This document shows positions 38,482-52,200 of a stretch of DNA of 64,000 nucleotides, one piece after another. Position 1 is the first letter of the stretch; every line of letters begins with the position of its first letter. The translations under genes were made by a program, and so were the position numbers. The stretch lies in contig NC_135251.1 of assembly GCF_964204865.1 (NCBI RefSeq), forward strand, positions 15,252,001 through 15,316,000, in the 5' to 3' direction. Source of the stretch: Styela clava. Taxonomy: Eukaryota. Below the pieces are notes generated by a model. It was not told the DNA's origin. It worked only from the letters and a program-made list of their open reading frames with translations, and made no database searches.

Positions 38482-39399
38482 AAATTTGCACGACGCAAGG
38501 ACTTGAATCCTAAAAGAAAATGGAAAGAGTATGAGAGTTTCAGTTGCTGAAGCCAGGGAGACAAATCATGTTAGAAAATTATCTCCAAAATTGCTCAAGC
38601 GGATTAAGATCAGTTGCAGTCACACCAGCCAGATTGTTTCATTATTGAAGTACAAACGTATCTTCTTAGTATGGCATATACGGTTTCTTAAATATTGAGA
38701 TCCCGGCGTACCATCAAACGGGATTGATGTATATTGTTTCTATAAATTTTTTCCGTTAGACTAATTGATAAAATCATAATTATTGCTGAAATCTTGAAAA
38801 CTTGATATATATCTTAAGTCGTATTAAGGTTGGTATATTGGAATCGATGTCACGAAAACGTTATCCGAAACTGTCTCCAATATTTTTAATATAATATATA
38901 AACCATTTTATACACAATGAACCGAACAAACTACGACTTGAGTTACCTTAATGCAACATTTTTTTCTGCAAAATACTCTGTTCTTTAAAAACCTAGATTT
39001 ACGCTATAGTTCATTTTTACATAACTCCATTATCGCACATGAATGTTACTACAAAACTTGATTCTCACGAAACTACATTATCTCAAAAAAATTTTCGTGC
39101 CGAACTACATTGTCACCAAAGTCCGTCTACTAAAAAATAATCTGACGCAATCTTTTTCTCGTATTAAGAAAAATGATTTAGCATCACGCTATTTCTGGCT
39201 AGCAATCCTCAATGCTTTTTCAGTTACAAATAATAAGGCCTATAATTTTACCAAAGTTCAGATCAGATAGTATCATATAATATAATCTCATTGTAGTCTC
39301 ATATTTGAAAATATTCATGCTATATATATATATATATCTTTATAAAATTCCGATATTTTTTCAAGTATATATGAAATCTCAACTGCCCAACAAACTACA

Positions 39400-40010
39400 G
39401 ATCGGCATAACAAATACAAAATATTTTGGCAAAGGATGGACTCAATTATGTTCGAATTCATCACCTATTTTCAAGTACCTGTCACTCCCCACAACTCAAC
39501 CATATTGTATTATCATAATTATTCGTTCGAGGAAAATATAACTTATAATAAATTACATTGGTATTTCCTGAAACAGCAGCAAAGGAGGTAGATTACGAGA
39601 ATATTGAAACACACGCTTGAAAAATTGCCGAATACTTCAAAATTTTAATTTTGACAGTCGCATATAATATAAATATTAATCAAAAAAAAATCGACCCATT
39701 TGCTGTTTGTTCATGATAAAAGTACATAGACCAGGGTGACCCACAGAAACGGAACCAATACAATATGTTCCAAATAAACTGGGTTCCGTTTTTGGGGTCA
39801 CTCAATATAATGGATTCGGATCTAAACTATCCAGCTTTAATATGTAGAATAGATTTAAAATACGTATTTATTTTGACTTCCGCAACAGAAAAGTTCCATA
39901 TGTTTTCAATGCGAGTTAAAAAGTCAACTTACTATACCATTGACAATTAATCGGCTGACAGACCTTTGAACGGATATATTTAAATGCTGGACCGCAATAG
40001 GGATCCCGTA
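39400..40010 (-). promoter_or_regulatory. Conserved non-coding block upstream of GPCR B, paralogous to 44735-45150
   Basis: Shared TTCGAATTCATC.CCTATT.TCAAGTACCTGTCAC, TTATTCGTTCGA, GTATTTCCT, TACGAGAATAT and GACCTTTGAAC in the same order. Function inferred. Confidence 0.5.
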
Positions 40011-40195
40011 CACAAGCGTGTTTTAGCTACAAATATTTCAATTTGCTTGATACGACGTGGTTCGTTTTGCTAAATCGTTGTTATTGTCGTCAGTCTTTTT
40101 GTTAGTTAAAAATCGCTTTTCTTCACAACTAAGGGTAAAAACAACTTGAAATTTTTCAAAGATGGAGAAGATCGCCAAAAAGCAATAACTTTTTT

Positions 40196-40400
40196 TGGAC
40201 ACGAAATGTACCGATGGATCATTTTGTTGAATTGTTGTGGTTGTTATTAGTATTCTTTTCTTTTGCTGTTGTGAACCTATTGCTTTCCTTTTTACCTACT
40301 GGACCAATTGCTTTGAAATCAGTGTTTGAAGGTTGTTGTTTTTGCTAGAAAGCTATTATACTTTTATTTATTTCAAAAATTTATGTTATACTCCATGGGA
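40196..40400 (-). mobile_element. HINE-like element, partial copy
   Basis: Reverse-complement similarity to 16050-16292 (CTGGACCAATTGCTTTGAAAT, GGACACGAA). Confidence 0.55.
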
Positions 40401-40832
40401 TTCGTTTTTCACGTTGACGTTTTGTGTGATAACGTTATCAAAATTAAAAATGGCGCACCGTGCGGGGGTTCTGCGATCGCTTTCAGCAATGTTGGTCTTG
40501 TAAAAGATCTGATGCTACAGTTGTGACTCGAATCATTTGGTAGTTTGGTATTAATGTTGAGACTGGACGCATAAATCATCATCCGCGCGGGACTTGGAAT
40601 TTGCATAAAATCAAACGGTTTTGTGATGACAAACTTGAAATGTTGCTGTTGTTCAGCTGTTATAAGGCAGTGGCAATCTACCTAGTATTAAGAGATGAGA
40701 TTATATTGCTAAAATTGCATCATAGACTGCTGCTAGGCTTGATTTCTGCCAGTGGGTGTAGAACTTGCTTTGTTACGGTTTTATGAAATAGGGATTGTGT
40801 TCAAATTGAGCACGATACGGTGTAGATTTTTA

Positions 40833-43800
40833 TTAAGAATTTGCAGAAGCATAACCCAGTTGCATGGATGCTGACTGATCACACTTTCCACACTGAAATA
40901 TAAAATTAAAGAGTTTTTTGTATCTCTTCTTGAATGCCTGGTTCATGACTCCGTAGATTATAAAATTGACGCAAGAATTGCTGAGCGCTAACCAAACGAG
41001 CACCTAAAAAAGAAAGTTTGTAAACTAGTCGACTTTGACCTAATCGATAGCAAGAAATCTTTCCTACTCGCTTTAAAAGATTAATAATCTATATTGAGCA
41101 GTTATTTATAAATAAAAACGTGTTATTTAGAGGTAAATGGATATCGGTTTTCATATTTTGAAAATCTCGTAATTCTTTAAATGAAAATAAAAACATTCCC
41201 CCAAAATAAGCCCTACTGTTATTTTTTGAAAGAAAATTGAAATAATACGCTGTCTTATTTTTGGGGAAACACGGTAGATTATTTCTTGTTCATTATGTAA
41301 TTATTTGTCTCCATTACAATTCCTGTTTTATAATTTTTCATTTCTTGAATCAGCAATGGCAATTCTGATTAAGTTCATTCAGGAGTGAATACATATGTTA
41401 TGGCATCGGAAATGAATTTAAAATATGTTTTCCAACTATAAAAGGATGTTACCTTTTTAACATGAGGCTTCACATTCGAAGGATTAACCAAAGCATGCGC
41501 GGCGTATGGTGTCCAGCAAACAAAAAATACAACCACAGTCGTCATGAGCGTGTAAACTAGATTTCGCTCCTTAGTTAAAGATCTCGATCTACTTGACTGT
41601 GATGAGATACTTCTTTTTCCCAAACTTCGCACGTCTTGCAAACTTGACCGAACCTCTCTGTCATTATTTAAAAAAAATATTTGAATCTGGTTTTGCATAC
41701 CTAATATGATAAAGTCAGTTAATATGAAATTGGATTCAGAACAAGACACCCATATATGACGCGATGCAAATGGTACGAGGGCCCCGATTGTTATGTCAAT
41801 CGAAGCCATCAAAACGCACCACAAAATGAATGTTTTCATGCTTCATAGACCCCCGCAAAAACAATATGTTTTAGTCCGCCACATTCAGTCTAGGATGCTG
41901 AACTATCGTGACGGCCTGAATGTGGCCATAGCATTACTGACCACCTCTACCTTTGTTTTTGAATTTACGCGATGATTTACTGGTTTGTAGTTATTTGAAC
42001 GTGTTTTTGGCGATAGTTTAACGGCTTATTTGCCTCTTTAGGATTTACAGGTTACTGTGTTACTTTATACTGTAAGGAGTACATAAGGATAGTAACTGTG
42101 TTTTTAACACTTTTAACCATTCATTGTTAAGAGTGCACCTGAAACAAAGTAGTTGCCCGATTTCATTTCCTACATAATTATTAGCACCGTCTTATGCCTG
42201 AAATTTTGACTGGTAAATATTACACATTTGATTGCACAGATTTCCAATTCGCGTAAATATTAATTAAACACTAGCTTTACCTAAATATATTGTAATAACT
42301 GAAGATTATCGTTCCAAGAGGTAAAACTACCGCAATCACAATGAGGAAAATTGCATACGAAAGGGATGCTGCATCATGCCAACCACATATTAGAGACTTT
42401 GCATCGTACCTAAAAATATAAAAATCGAACAATTGGCAAATTTCACTCGAAACTTATTTTATCCATCTTCAATAATCATAGAATAGAGTGCTGTTTAATA
42501 AATGTTTTACACGCCAGAAGTCTTGCTGAATTCAAAATAAATTATTATTGCGTATAAGCTTACGCGATATCTCCCCATCCCAGTACTGTTGGCATCGTAA
42601 TAGCAATTGACCATATCCATGCTGACATTGCCAAACAAAGTCCAGCTCTTTTGGAAAACATTTGTCTGTAGCAAGAAGACTTCACAATAGCCCAGTATCT
42701 AAAAACATGTAATAATGAAGAGGAATGGACTATCTTATCACTTCATAATATATTATTATTATAATTGAACAAAAGCTCGAAAATATTAATTTTATAATTG
42801 AATAAAAGCTCGAACATTCGAAAATATTGAAGACATTTAAAAAAAAAAAGTAAAATATTGTTGATTTTTTGTTATAATGGTCAGCTTGGTATATTTGACG
42901 ACGACAGCGATAAATTAGGAAATTACATTACATACTTTTCGTACTGTTACAACAGTGACGTTGCGTTAACTTACCTATTAGCAGCGATTAGGGCTAAATT
43001 ACACAGTGAACAAGCACAAGTTGCGGTCACAATAAATCCGACCACCTCACAGAATATATCATCGACAACTCGCTTCGTCTTTATTATTGTGACAGCTATA
43101 CATGGAAGTGTGATTGAGCATATCTTGTGACATAAAATAAGAAGACACAAACTTAACAGTAGGTTTCAAAAAGCTGAGAGTTGGTATTTCTTTGAATACT
43201 AATTCTAAAAAAGAATTGAGCTTTGTCAAGAATAGGCTACAACGTTTTTACACGAAATAGGTCAGTATTTGTAGCCAAGTTATTTCGTAAAACAAGCTTT
43301 CCAATCCCCCGCTTCATATTGCAATCAGTTGTAAAATATCATAATGCAGATTTAGACTTATAAATACAATGAAGTAAAATTTGACAACAATTTTGCAAAT
43401 ATTTTTTTTAGTGTGTTATGTGAAACGGCAATCGTATGGATAATAAAACTCGTCCTATATTTTAATTTGGTTTAGAAGTATTTACATGTCTGACAAACTG
43501 TCACCTGAGGTTTCAGGAAAAAATTATGTTCATTTGATAATATATACGAGTATGTAAAAGTAACTTACGAAAAAATCCGCTATTGCTAGATTTATAATAA
43601 ATATATTCCCTCCAGAATGCACTTTCTTGTCCAGAATAATAGAAAATATGACGACAAGATTTCCGAGAGACCCCAATGCAATTATTGAGACGATATAAGC
43701 AAATTCGAAGTACTGGAAAATTAAATGTAAAAATATATTTAAATTGCAATTGTAAACAAACTGTCACCTAAAAATTTTGTTTTGTAATTTTGTAACTTTA

Positions 43801-44661
43801 AAAATTACTAGCAGACAGGCCTTTTCGGTAACCATGATTTGCGCATTAAAACGCTACAACCACGACTGAATTATAGTACGACTTGTATTGGGAAGCAGTA
43901 AAGATAAAATTATAACATGGCCTTACAGTGAAGCTGAGAAACGCTAATAATTTTTTTTGACAAAATTATAGTTCTAGCTAGGTGTAGTATGGGCTTCTAG
44001 AATTATTCAGCCATACTTTTATATAAGAAATGGTAGTTTAACTATTTGGCAATGTTTATTCTCGAGAAACTGTTTTATGCCGCGATATAACTTACAACTG
44101 AAGTTGAACATCCAGTATACCTACACTCGTTTAATCATTGAAAAAATAGAATGGGTTGAAACCTGGAATATACTCTCTAGCTGTGCCAGAATCAGGTTAT
44201 AGCAAGGGCAATATTAGTCTTAAACTTAAACCTTTGTCATTAGGCATACAAAAGCGATTTAAAAGTGATCTAATAAGTTTTTGTTCGGCAAACATAATCT
44301 ACCTCGCTTGAGGCTGGGCTGATTATTTCTAGCACTAGAACTTTCATCCAGAATATATATCAGCACGGCTTAGCATGTACTCCTTGGAATCGGAGTCGGC
44401 ATTATAATTTCCCAACTAGAGTCGAAGTCGATTGTAATTTTTTTTTTTCTCACTACCCTGACTTACGGGAGTAAGCCGTAAGCAAAATACATATGCAACA
44501 ACAGTTCGCCAACGATTTTCAACCTTAACTATGCTTATATATGTTTAAATTGAAATTATACTAACTTGCAAGACTCCAAATTGCGGCCAGTAGTTTATCC
44601 TTGTTCCCGTTGTTATATCGACGCTATCGCTAGAATTTGCCCACATATAAGATTGATTCAT
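40833..44661 (-). CDS. Rhodopsin-class GPCR, melatonin-receptor-like, copy C
   Basis: Exons 44661-44566, 43712-43569, 43123-42975, 42698-42564, 42409-42281, 41657-41453, 41003-40833 (3' end uncertain). Core exon lengths 144/149/135/129 match paralogs. ANRY, CWTP, NFIIYG. Confidence 0.9.
41196..41274. mobile_element. Tc1/mariner-type MITE remnant
   Basis: Inverted TTCCCCCAAAATAAG / CTTATTTTTGGGGAAACACGG followed by TA. Left end truncated. Confidence 0.5.
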
Positions 44662-44734
44662 ATTTTCCTTGTTTTATTTTTATATTTCTTTGATATACAT
44701 AAGGTTCATTTATACTACCTCCAACTACAGACTT

Positions 44735-45150
44735 ATGCCATACTAACACAAGTTATTTCGACAAAACGTCGATTCGATAGTGTTCGAATTCATCGCCTAT
44801 TCTCAAGTACCTGTCACGCACCACAAATCAATCATTTATATTATTACGTTATTCGTTCGACGAAAAGATAACTTAATTAATATATGCACTCTTAGGAAAC
44901 TTAAGAGTTTTGTATTTCCTCAAACGTAGCGTAGTGAAACTATAGGCTACGAGAATATGGAAATTCACAAAGATGGAAAAGACGCTTTTTTGAAGGAAAT
45001 CAGCCCACTACATGTGAATTTCGACACCCGTAACATAGAAGTTTCATAATATGTTCTCAGCGTAAGGTGAAAAGTAAACAACATACGTTGACAAACAATC
45101 AGATGACGGACCTTTGAACCGAGATACCTAAATGAAGAATGATAGCAATC
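44735..45150 (-). promoter_or_regulatory. Conserved non-coding block immediately upstream of GPCR C
   Basis: Paralog of 39400-40010, 75-490 nt upstream of the ATG at 44661. Confidence 0.5.
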
Positions 45151-46233
45151 CGGGCCAGAAGCGTATTTCGGATGTTTCTCATTTGTTTATACAATCACGA
45201 TACCTAAATATTCATCAAATAAATTTCTTATCATTGTAAAAAGTAGGTAAGTCGCATGTGTTTATTCTATAAACTCCACTCAGGAATTCTGTTTCTTTGC
45301 ACTTGCTGATTTCTTCCACAAAAACAGCTTTTGTAAACGTTCGACGATGTGTCTTTATTTGTTCATAAACATCCTTGCTAAAAATAAGTTTTTTTATGCA
45401 TATTTTATACGCGGATCCGCATACGGATTGGTCCGAAATAGTCCCTGCCTGCACACTCATTTTTTATTTCTCTCAACTGTCATATTTTTGGGAAAAAGTC
45501 TCTCTTAATGCACTGTAAAGTAAACAAAATTGCAATATTAGTAATATGCCTTGAATGACCTAATATTCGTAAACTATAAACTTTGTATATATAAATTATT
45601 TTGTATATAAAAACAGTTGATATGAATTCTCTCAGTATATTTTGCTTGTCCTTAATGAGTAGAGAAATAACCTGTTATAAGATCACGCCCCTGTATTTTT
45701 TTATCAAACGCAAAACGTGTTGTTATAAATATTGTCTTTTCATTGGTAATTCTGTACCCGCGAAATAAACATATGCTGTTGAGATATATATAGATAAATA
45801 AATAAAATCATCAAGCAGTAAGTAGAATTCGTTGAACCAGGTCACTCGACATCTGCTGTAATATTCTGGATAAAAAATAAAAATAAAATTGACTTTTTCA
45901 AACCAACTATTTTTTAATTACCCAACAAATAGTATACATATTCATTTATGCGTACAAATAAACAACTTGCAAAATATTAATAATGTTAAACTATTGAGCA
46001 ACAAAGTAGATTCTTACTTGCATTGACATAAAAATATAAGTATTGAGATGGGTAAAGTCAAGTTCTAATTTATAATACAACAATACGTTGAAAATTGAAT
46101 AGCTTAAAAGTAGCAATATTGATTATAAGTTGTAACGTAATTGTAATTTGTAACATTGTAATTTGGGTTGAAGCTTATTGATTCGTTTTGATAGAACTAT
46201 CTACATGAGTATTATTCACCTAAATGTTGCCAA

Positions 46234-49200
46234 TTAGGCCAACCTGACGCCTTTGAAAACCTTCAATTCATCCCGTGTCTGGGAATCTACCGTGGAATTG
46301 TTGAGTGCTCTTATTAAATTATATTCACGACTTTCCGATGGTCGATTGAGCTCTCGAAGCTATAATAAAAAAAAAATTCTAATATTAAAAAAAAAAATAC
46401 ATCGTTTTAATCTTCTAAAGTGTATCTTGTAAATCGATTGTTAATCCGTTATCAAAAGTTTATTTTTCCATCACACTGAAGATACACCATGTACAAACAA
46501 AATAATAAATAAAAAAGGGCATTCCAGGGTGGTCCATAAGCCAATAGTAGTTATCGAGCCGCGACACGTGTTATTAAGCGGAACAGTAATTAACATGAAA
46601 TTAGACAAAGGTCGGACAAAATATATTAAAAAATGTTTACGTCAGAGTACGTACAATTTCGAAAATATTGTTATGAATTTGGTAGGCGCATTCGTCACTG
46701 TGCGTAAAAATAGTTACTGTTTTCTAGATTTTGCTCACTGACGACATTAAAATATATTATTAACTGAATTTATACATTATCTAACATCTCCGATTTAATG
46801 CTTGATTGAAAAGAAGGAACAGCATGTCAAGATAATGGAGAGACATGATTCGTCACTTTTTTAAATAAAAGAAACATGAGACAGAAAACGTTTGAATATT
46901 AAAAGATTCATTTACCGCGATTGGAGAATTTCCTGCGTTTTTAATCCGAGAACGATCTCCTGTCCCTGGAGAACTACAGCCACTGAATAAAAGAAATGCA
47001 ACTAAAAAAGGGCATCTATGTTGCATAAATCAACCATGGCGAGACTAAATTGTTTGCTACACTAAGTAACTACGGATAAATAGGGCCTGGAAGCTTACTA
47101 TGCACGTTAGGGCATAGTTATTCGGAAACCATAAAGTATTAATGTGAAATATTCATCATTTCTTTCTTGAGTTAAGATAAATTTATTATATATACATCAG
47201 GTTATATTTAAGAGGAGTTTTAATTGAATAATCGTATTTTTAATAATTTTTGTATATTATATGATTATTTTTTATACCTCGCACTTTGTCGTCTGGACGA
47301 AGTTCCTCTCTTGATGCAACGGAATATAAATTGAAATAATTTACGATATCTTTTCTTGAAAGCAGGATTTAGAGTTCCATAAATAATAAAATTGGCGCTG
47401 GAGTTACTTAATGCCAGCCAAACAAGAACCTGTACATAAGTTGGAAACATTAGTTATATAGTCACCTTTTTTATAGCCTTTCTTGAAACAAAAAATAAAA
47501 AATATAGTACACGATTAGAATAACATTTTTATAGCTTATTTCAGTTGCAGTTGGATTTAAATGTTGGCTCCGACGTTATTATTCATATTTATAATTAATC
47601 AGTTGCTATTAGTGTCAAATGTTCGTGTTTAAAGGTATCGTTTACTATGCATTCCTTTATAATATGGTCGTTTACTCGAGTCCTACTTGGTTAGAAAAAC
47701 TATTTCTTTAATTGTGGAAACAAACACGAAAGAAAGCAACTTGTCGAAGATTTTATTAACACGATATTTGTAAGCGTAGTTGCTCATTTATTAGTGGTCA
47801 GAAATAGAAATAGCTAGAAGAAAAAGTAAAAATCTTAAATGTGTATAAAGGTAGATGTGGAAAAGGGCGACTGGAATCTCCAAACCGTAACGTTGAAAAT
47901 TTAGCACCACTTGTCTGAGCTCTTTTCTAACGCTCGGTATAATATTAATTAGCCAAACTTGAAACGAAATATACAAGTAATTTCTACGTAATTCTAATAT
48001 GTATATATATTGAACATATATAGCTTTAATCTCGCATAAGACACATTAACAACATTCATCTCTAACGACATCTTGGGAGGAAAATAAAACATGATAACGA
48101 CAAGAGAGCGATGCTAAAATATATAGACACGTAAACCAACAACAATAAGAAGAACAACATAATATCAAAGCAATCCATAGGTACACTCCGTGTCTAAGTA
48201 TAGCATGTTGCTTCACGGAATATGAACGGCATTATAATATTTTATAATATCATGCAACATCTGCATCTCATTATTCCCCGCTTAAAAAGAAATGGATCCA
48301 GACTCGGTAAGGGACCAAGACAACACTCCGATCGTTGGTATTCATTTGAGAGGGGAAATTCTGAGGAACTCAATCTCTTAACTCAATTATTTATCATTAA
48401 ATTGAAAAAACGAGAAGTAGCATATACGTGATGTGAATTGTATCTCATCTCCTTCGTTAATTTCAAAATGAGCCCAAAAAAGTGGTTTAAAATCAGCAAG
48501 CATTTCTATATTATAGAGCATAATTATCATCGATTAATATTCATGATTGACAAACACAACAAGCAAATGTTTATACTGAGCGCGCAAATTATTTTAATTA
48601 AAAATTGAATTTAATAACTTTGTGAGAAAGTTACTTGACATTCAGAAATGTACATATTTAGAATATCAAAAGATATATTCTTGTTTTCGGTTTGGTTCCA
48701 AAAAAAATTTTCAGTGGCAAATCCCACCTTAAATACAAAAGAAAATAAATAAATGAGCAATTGAATTTGAGAGATAATTCGATCAATAAATGTGGCTTTC
48801 ACTTTGACCATTATTCAACCGGTACACGCTCTGAACTTTTTAGCTTAAAAAAATCAGTGAGAAGTAATACCACACCCAGTATTTGATTGCATTTTATAAG
48901 CCACGAATCATTTATATATGACAAAAGCCAATATCGAAATTGTTTAGAATACTTATTTAGCGGTGGTGATTTAGCCCACACTCGGGCGTAAATAATAATA
49001 GACATAATTGTTGTCTTAATAAGATGAAACTTCATTGTTATTTCTATCATTAAATCTGGCTCGATATAAAATTGAGAGGTGTGACAAAATTGCTTCCGTA
49101 TTAGTATAAAAATAGAATAAATTGATGTATAAAAAAAAGATTTAATATATTCACCTGCCAAATTGACAAGTAAACAAACACTCGCGCTTTACTCTTGAAA

Positions 49201-52200
49201 TCTCCTGGTAAAAACGTGTTTGATTTCAAACTTCTAGTCTAGCTAGACATTTTATAAGCAAACTCTATTTGTACCCACATTTTACAGTATAAGATTTACA
49301 TAGTAAATTTTAAGAAAATATTATTTGGTTTTAGTTCCACTCACAGTGGCGGCCGATTGGTATTTGTTTTAAACGTCCCGTCGATTTATAGCAAATTTTG
49401 ACCAAGTTCCAATGAAGCCCATAAGCTGTTCTTTTGTCTCGGAATTCGTACATTTACAATAATCGTTTATCGCGAGATGTAAGTTTAATTAGAACAACAG
49501 TAATGTTTTAGATCAAAAAACTTATTAAAAAATGACATCATGTTTACTAAATCTACGTTGCTGTTTTTATAATGTCACAATATATCAGTATTTTCAGTGA
49601 ACTTACTTTATTGATCGAACCTCTTGGATAAAGTTTCCCTAATGACAAAACAAAATTTACTATTAGGGCGACTGAAGTCTGAACGGTGTTTTGGTACACC
49701 GTTGGTTATAGCCGGATCAAATTTCAATACGAAAATTTAAAATTGAATCATGGAAAGACATCGGATGTTTGTTTTCGATATCTGCCTATTATACCCGGTC
49801 CATACAATTTCCTGCGGGGATTTGTATTCCGGTACACTTGTTAGATGCATAAATTTGACTTGTATGTGATTGGTAGTAGGTGGTATGTGATCTTGACAGA
49901 AATTTTTCTATAATGCGAAAATAATGAGTTAATTCGATTTCTATGGTTTTGGCCATGTGCCGTTAAGTTTTAAAATCCAACGCACTTGACCTTCATTTAC
50001 GATAGGATATGGTATTGTTATCGTTCAGAAGGATAAGACGACCTAATCACATGACGAATCACGGTCTCTTGTTCGGCCTGGTTTATTATGAATTGAACAT
50101 TCAATCAAATCAGATATCATTTCCGAATTCAGCAGCACACATGAATGTAATGTTAAACTGAAATATACATGATCAGATACAAAGTACAATTTTTGGTGGA
50201 TCAGTCAATGATGGATCGTGTTTTATGTAGCAATCATCGTAATTATATCGTAAATCAACTGGTACCAATAAAACGGGAAACACTGTCAACTTCGAGTATT
50301 ATATGTTAAACTTCGAAACTTGATTTTGTTCTAAATACCTTTTGAGACTATGTAAAGATATACATTTTGGTTTTGTTTGAAGGCATCTCAATGTTAAGTC
50401 GAAACGATGTTGCTCGTGGCTGTTCGTCGTGTTAGGAAGGCATTTTCGCTAAGTCTAATTTCACAAGACCTCAAAATTAAGTTTGGAACGATTCAAAATT
50501 TTTGAGCAATCACTTTCGCTCTTATAATTTAAAAATTTAAGCAAATCATTTTCAAGTTTACAGTGAAAATATCAATGCATTTTACTCCAATTTAATGTTA
50601 CGTCAAAGTGATTTCTGAATATTGAGAGCACACTATAAACAGGCATGACCTTTGTTAATATTTTAATCAAAAAATGCCATGGAAGATATTCGGCCCTTGC
50701 AGTAGAAACCTAATAAAACCTAATAAATTTTTCAACTCTCTTCAAAATAATATTTTTAAAGAACGTGCTGAAATTATATAAACAGAAGGCATATAAAGTG
50801 CGTTAAAAACATACTCTTGCACTTCCAATAGAATGAAATTGAAAATTTATTTGTTTACCTTCTTGGCGTGTGGTGATATGTGTTCAGGATCAATTAAAAC
50901 GTGTATTGCATAAGGGCTCCAACATACGCAAAAAACAATCACAGTTGATACAAGTGTATAAATTAGACTACGCTCTCTCTGCATAGATCGTCGTTTTCTA
51001 TCGCCAGAATTAAGACTATTCCCGTTTGATGCCAAGTTCCGCGTCCATCGGCCACTAGCTCGAACGGTGCTATGCAATAAAAAAAATATAAAAATAATGT
51101 ATGTTTGCTTGATTTTGAAGGAGGGATATGTTTCCTAATGCATCTTCATGTCATTATCCGAACGAAGCTGCGTGGTGTCACTTAATTGAACGGAATTACT
51201 GTGTTACTAAAAACAATACTAGATTTTAAATGTACGATATGAATTTGCTAACTCCTAACAATCGGAGTGACGGCTAACAATCTAACCAGACAACTGAATT
51301 TTCGAGATGACTATCTTGATATTGGCAGATGAGTTACACACTAATCCATTATGCCGATTACGTATTTTATTGTATATTGTTGCATTATTCAAAACAATAC
51401 GGATAAAACCTCAAACAGGCGTGGTTATGTAGAATGTATTAAATTATCTGATTTTTCCATAATATGAATAAAATGATCAGGCTAATGCGTTCAATTAACA
51501 GGATTTTCCACGGGACATAATTTTCCCGTCCCATCCCATGACAATTTATGCCTTTTCCAGCCAATTCCACAGGACGTTTCTCGTGGGGTTTCTGTGGGAG
51601 TGACAATCCCATGACCAAGTCTGGTAAAAGTTAAAAGTGCATTTATTTATTTATCTATCCGATGTTCCACCACAAAACGAATAATAGATACAAAAAGTTT
51701 TAGAAAGCTAGAAATAAAAACCAAGGGTAGCTTCTCAAGTTGCCATAAGGAAAAATGTCAATTTCACCCCATGGGATTCTCATGGGGAGGAAGGCAATCC
51801 CATGACAAAGCCTGCAAGTTCATAAATTACCAAGTCATCTTTGAGATGTACGATTTCTAAAACGATGCAGCACTTGTGACAAATATTTATGTACATTCTT
51901 ACGATAACTTGCAGCAAATTACCTGAAAATTTTATAATATGAGAAAGCAATTATTCCCAACGGTAAAAGAACCCCGACAAATATTAGAAATATTGAATAA
52001 GATAGTGATGCTGTATCCGACCATCCACACACCAAAGCTTTGGCATCAAACCTGTTTGTATTAAAAGAAAAGATTCAAAATTCTCTGGCAAATTTCAATT
52101 TCAAGTTCATGCTGATTTAGGTTGAACATCAAAATAAACTCGGCAATAAAAATATAACCTAGGCTAGAGTCCAGAGAGTGAATAATTAAAATTTCGAATG

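Noticed and set aside
41375-41839. 154-aa ORF with signal-peptide-like start
   Set aside because: GPCR C exon 6 plus open intron sequence. The acceptor at 41657 matches paralog exon length.
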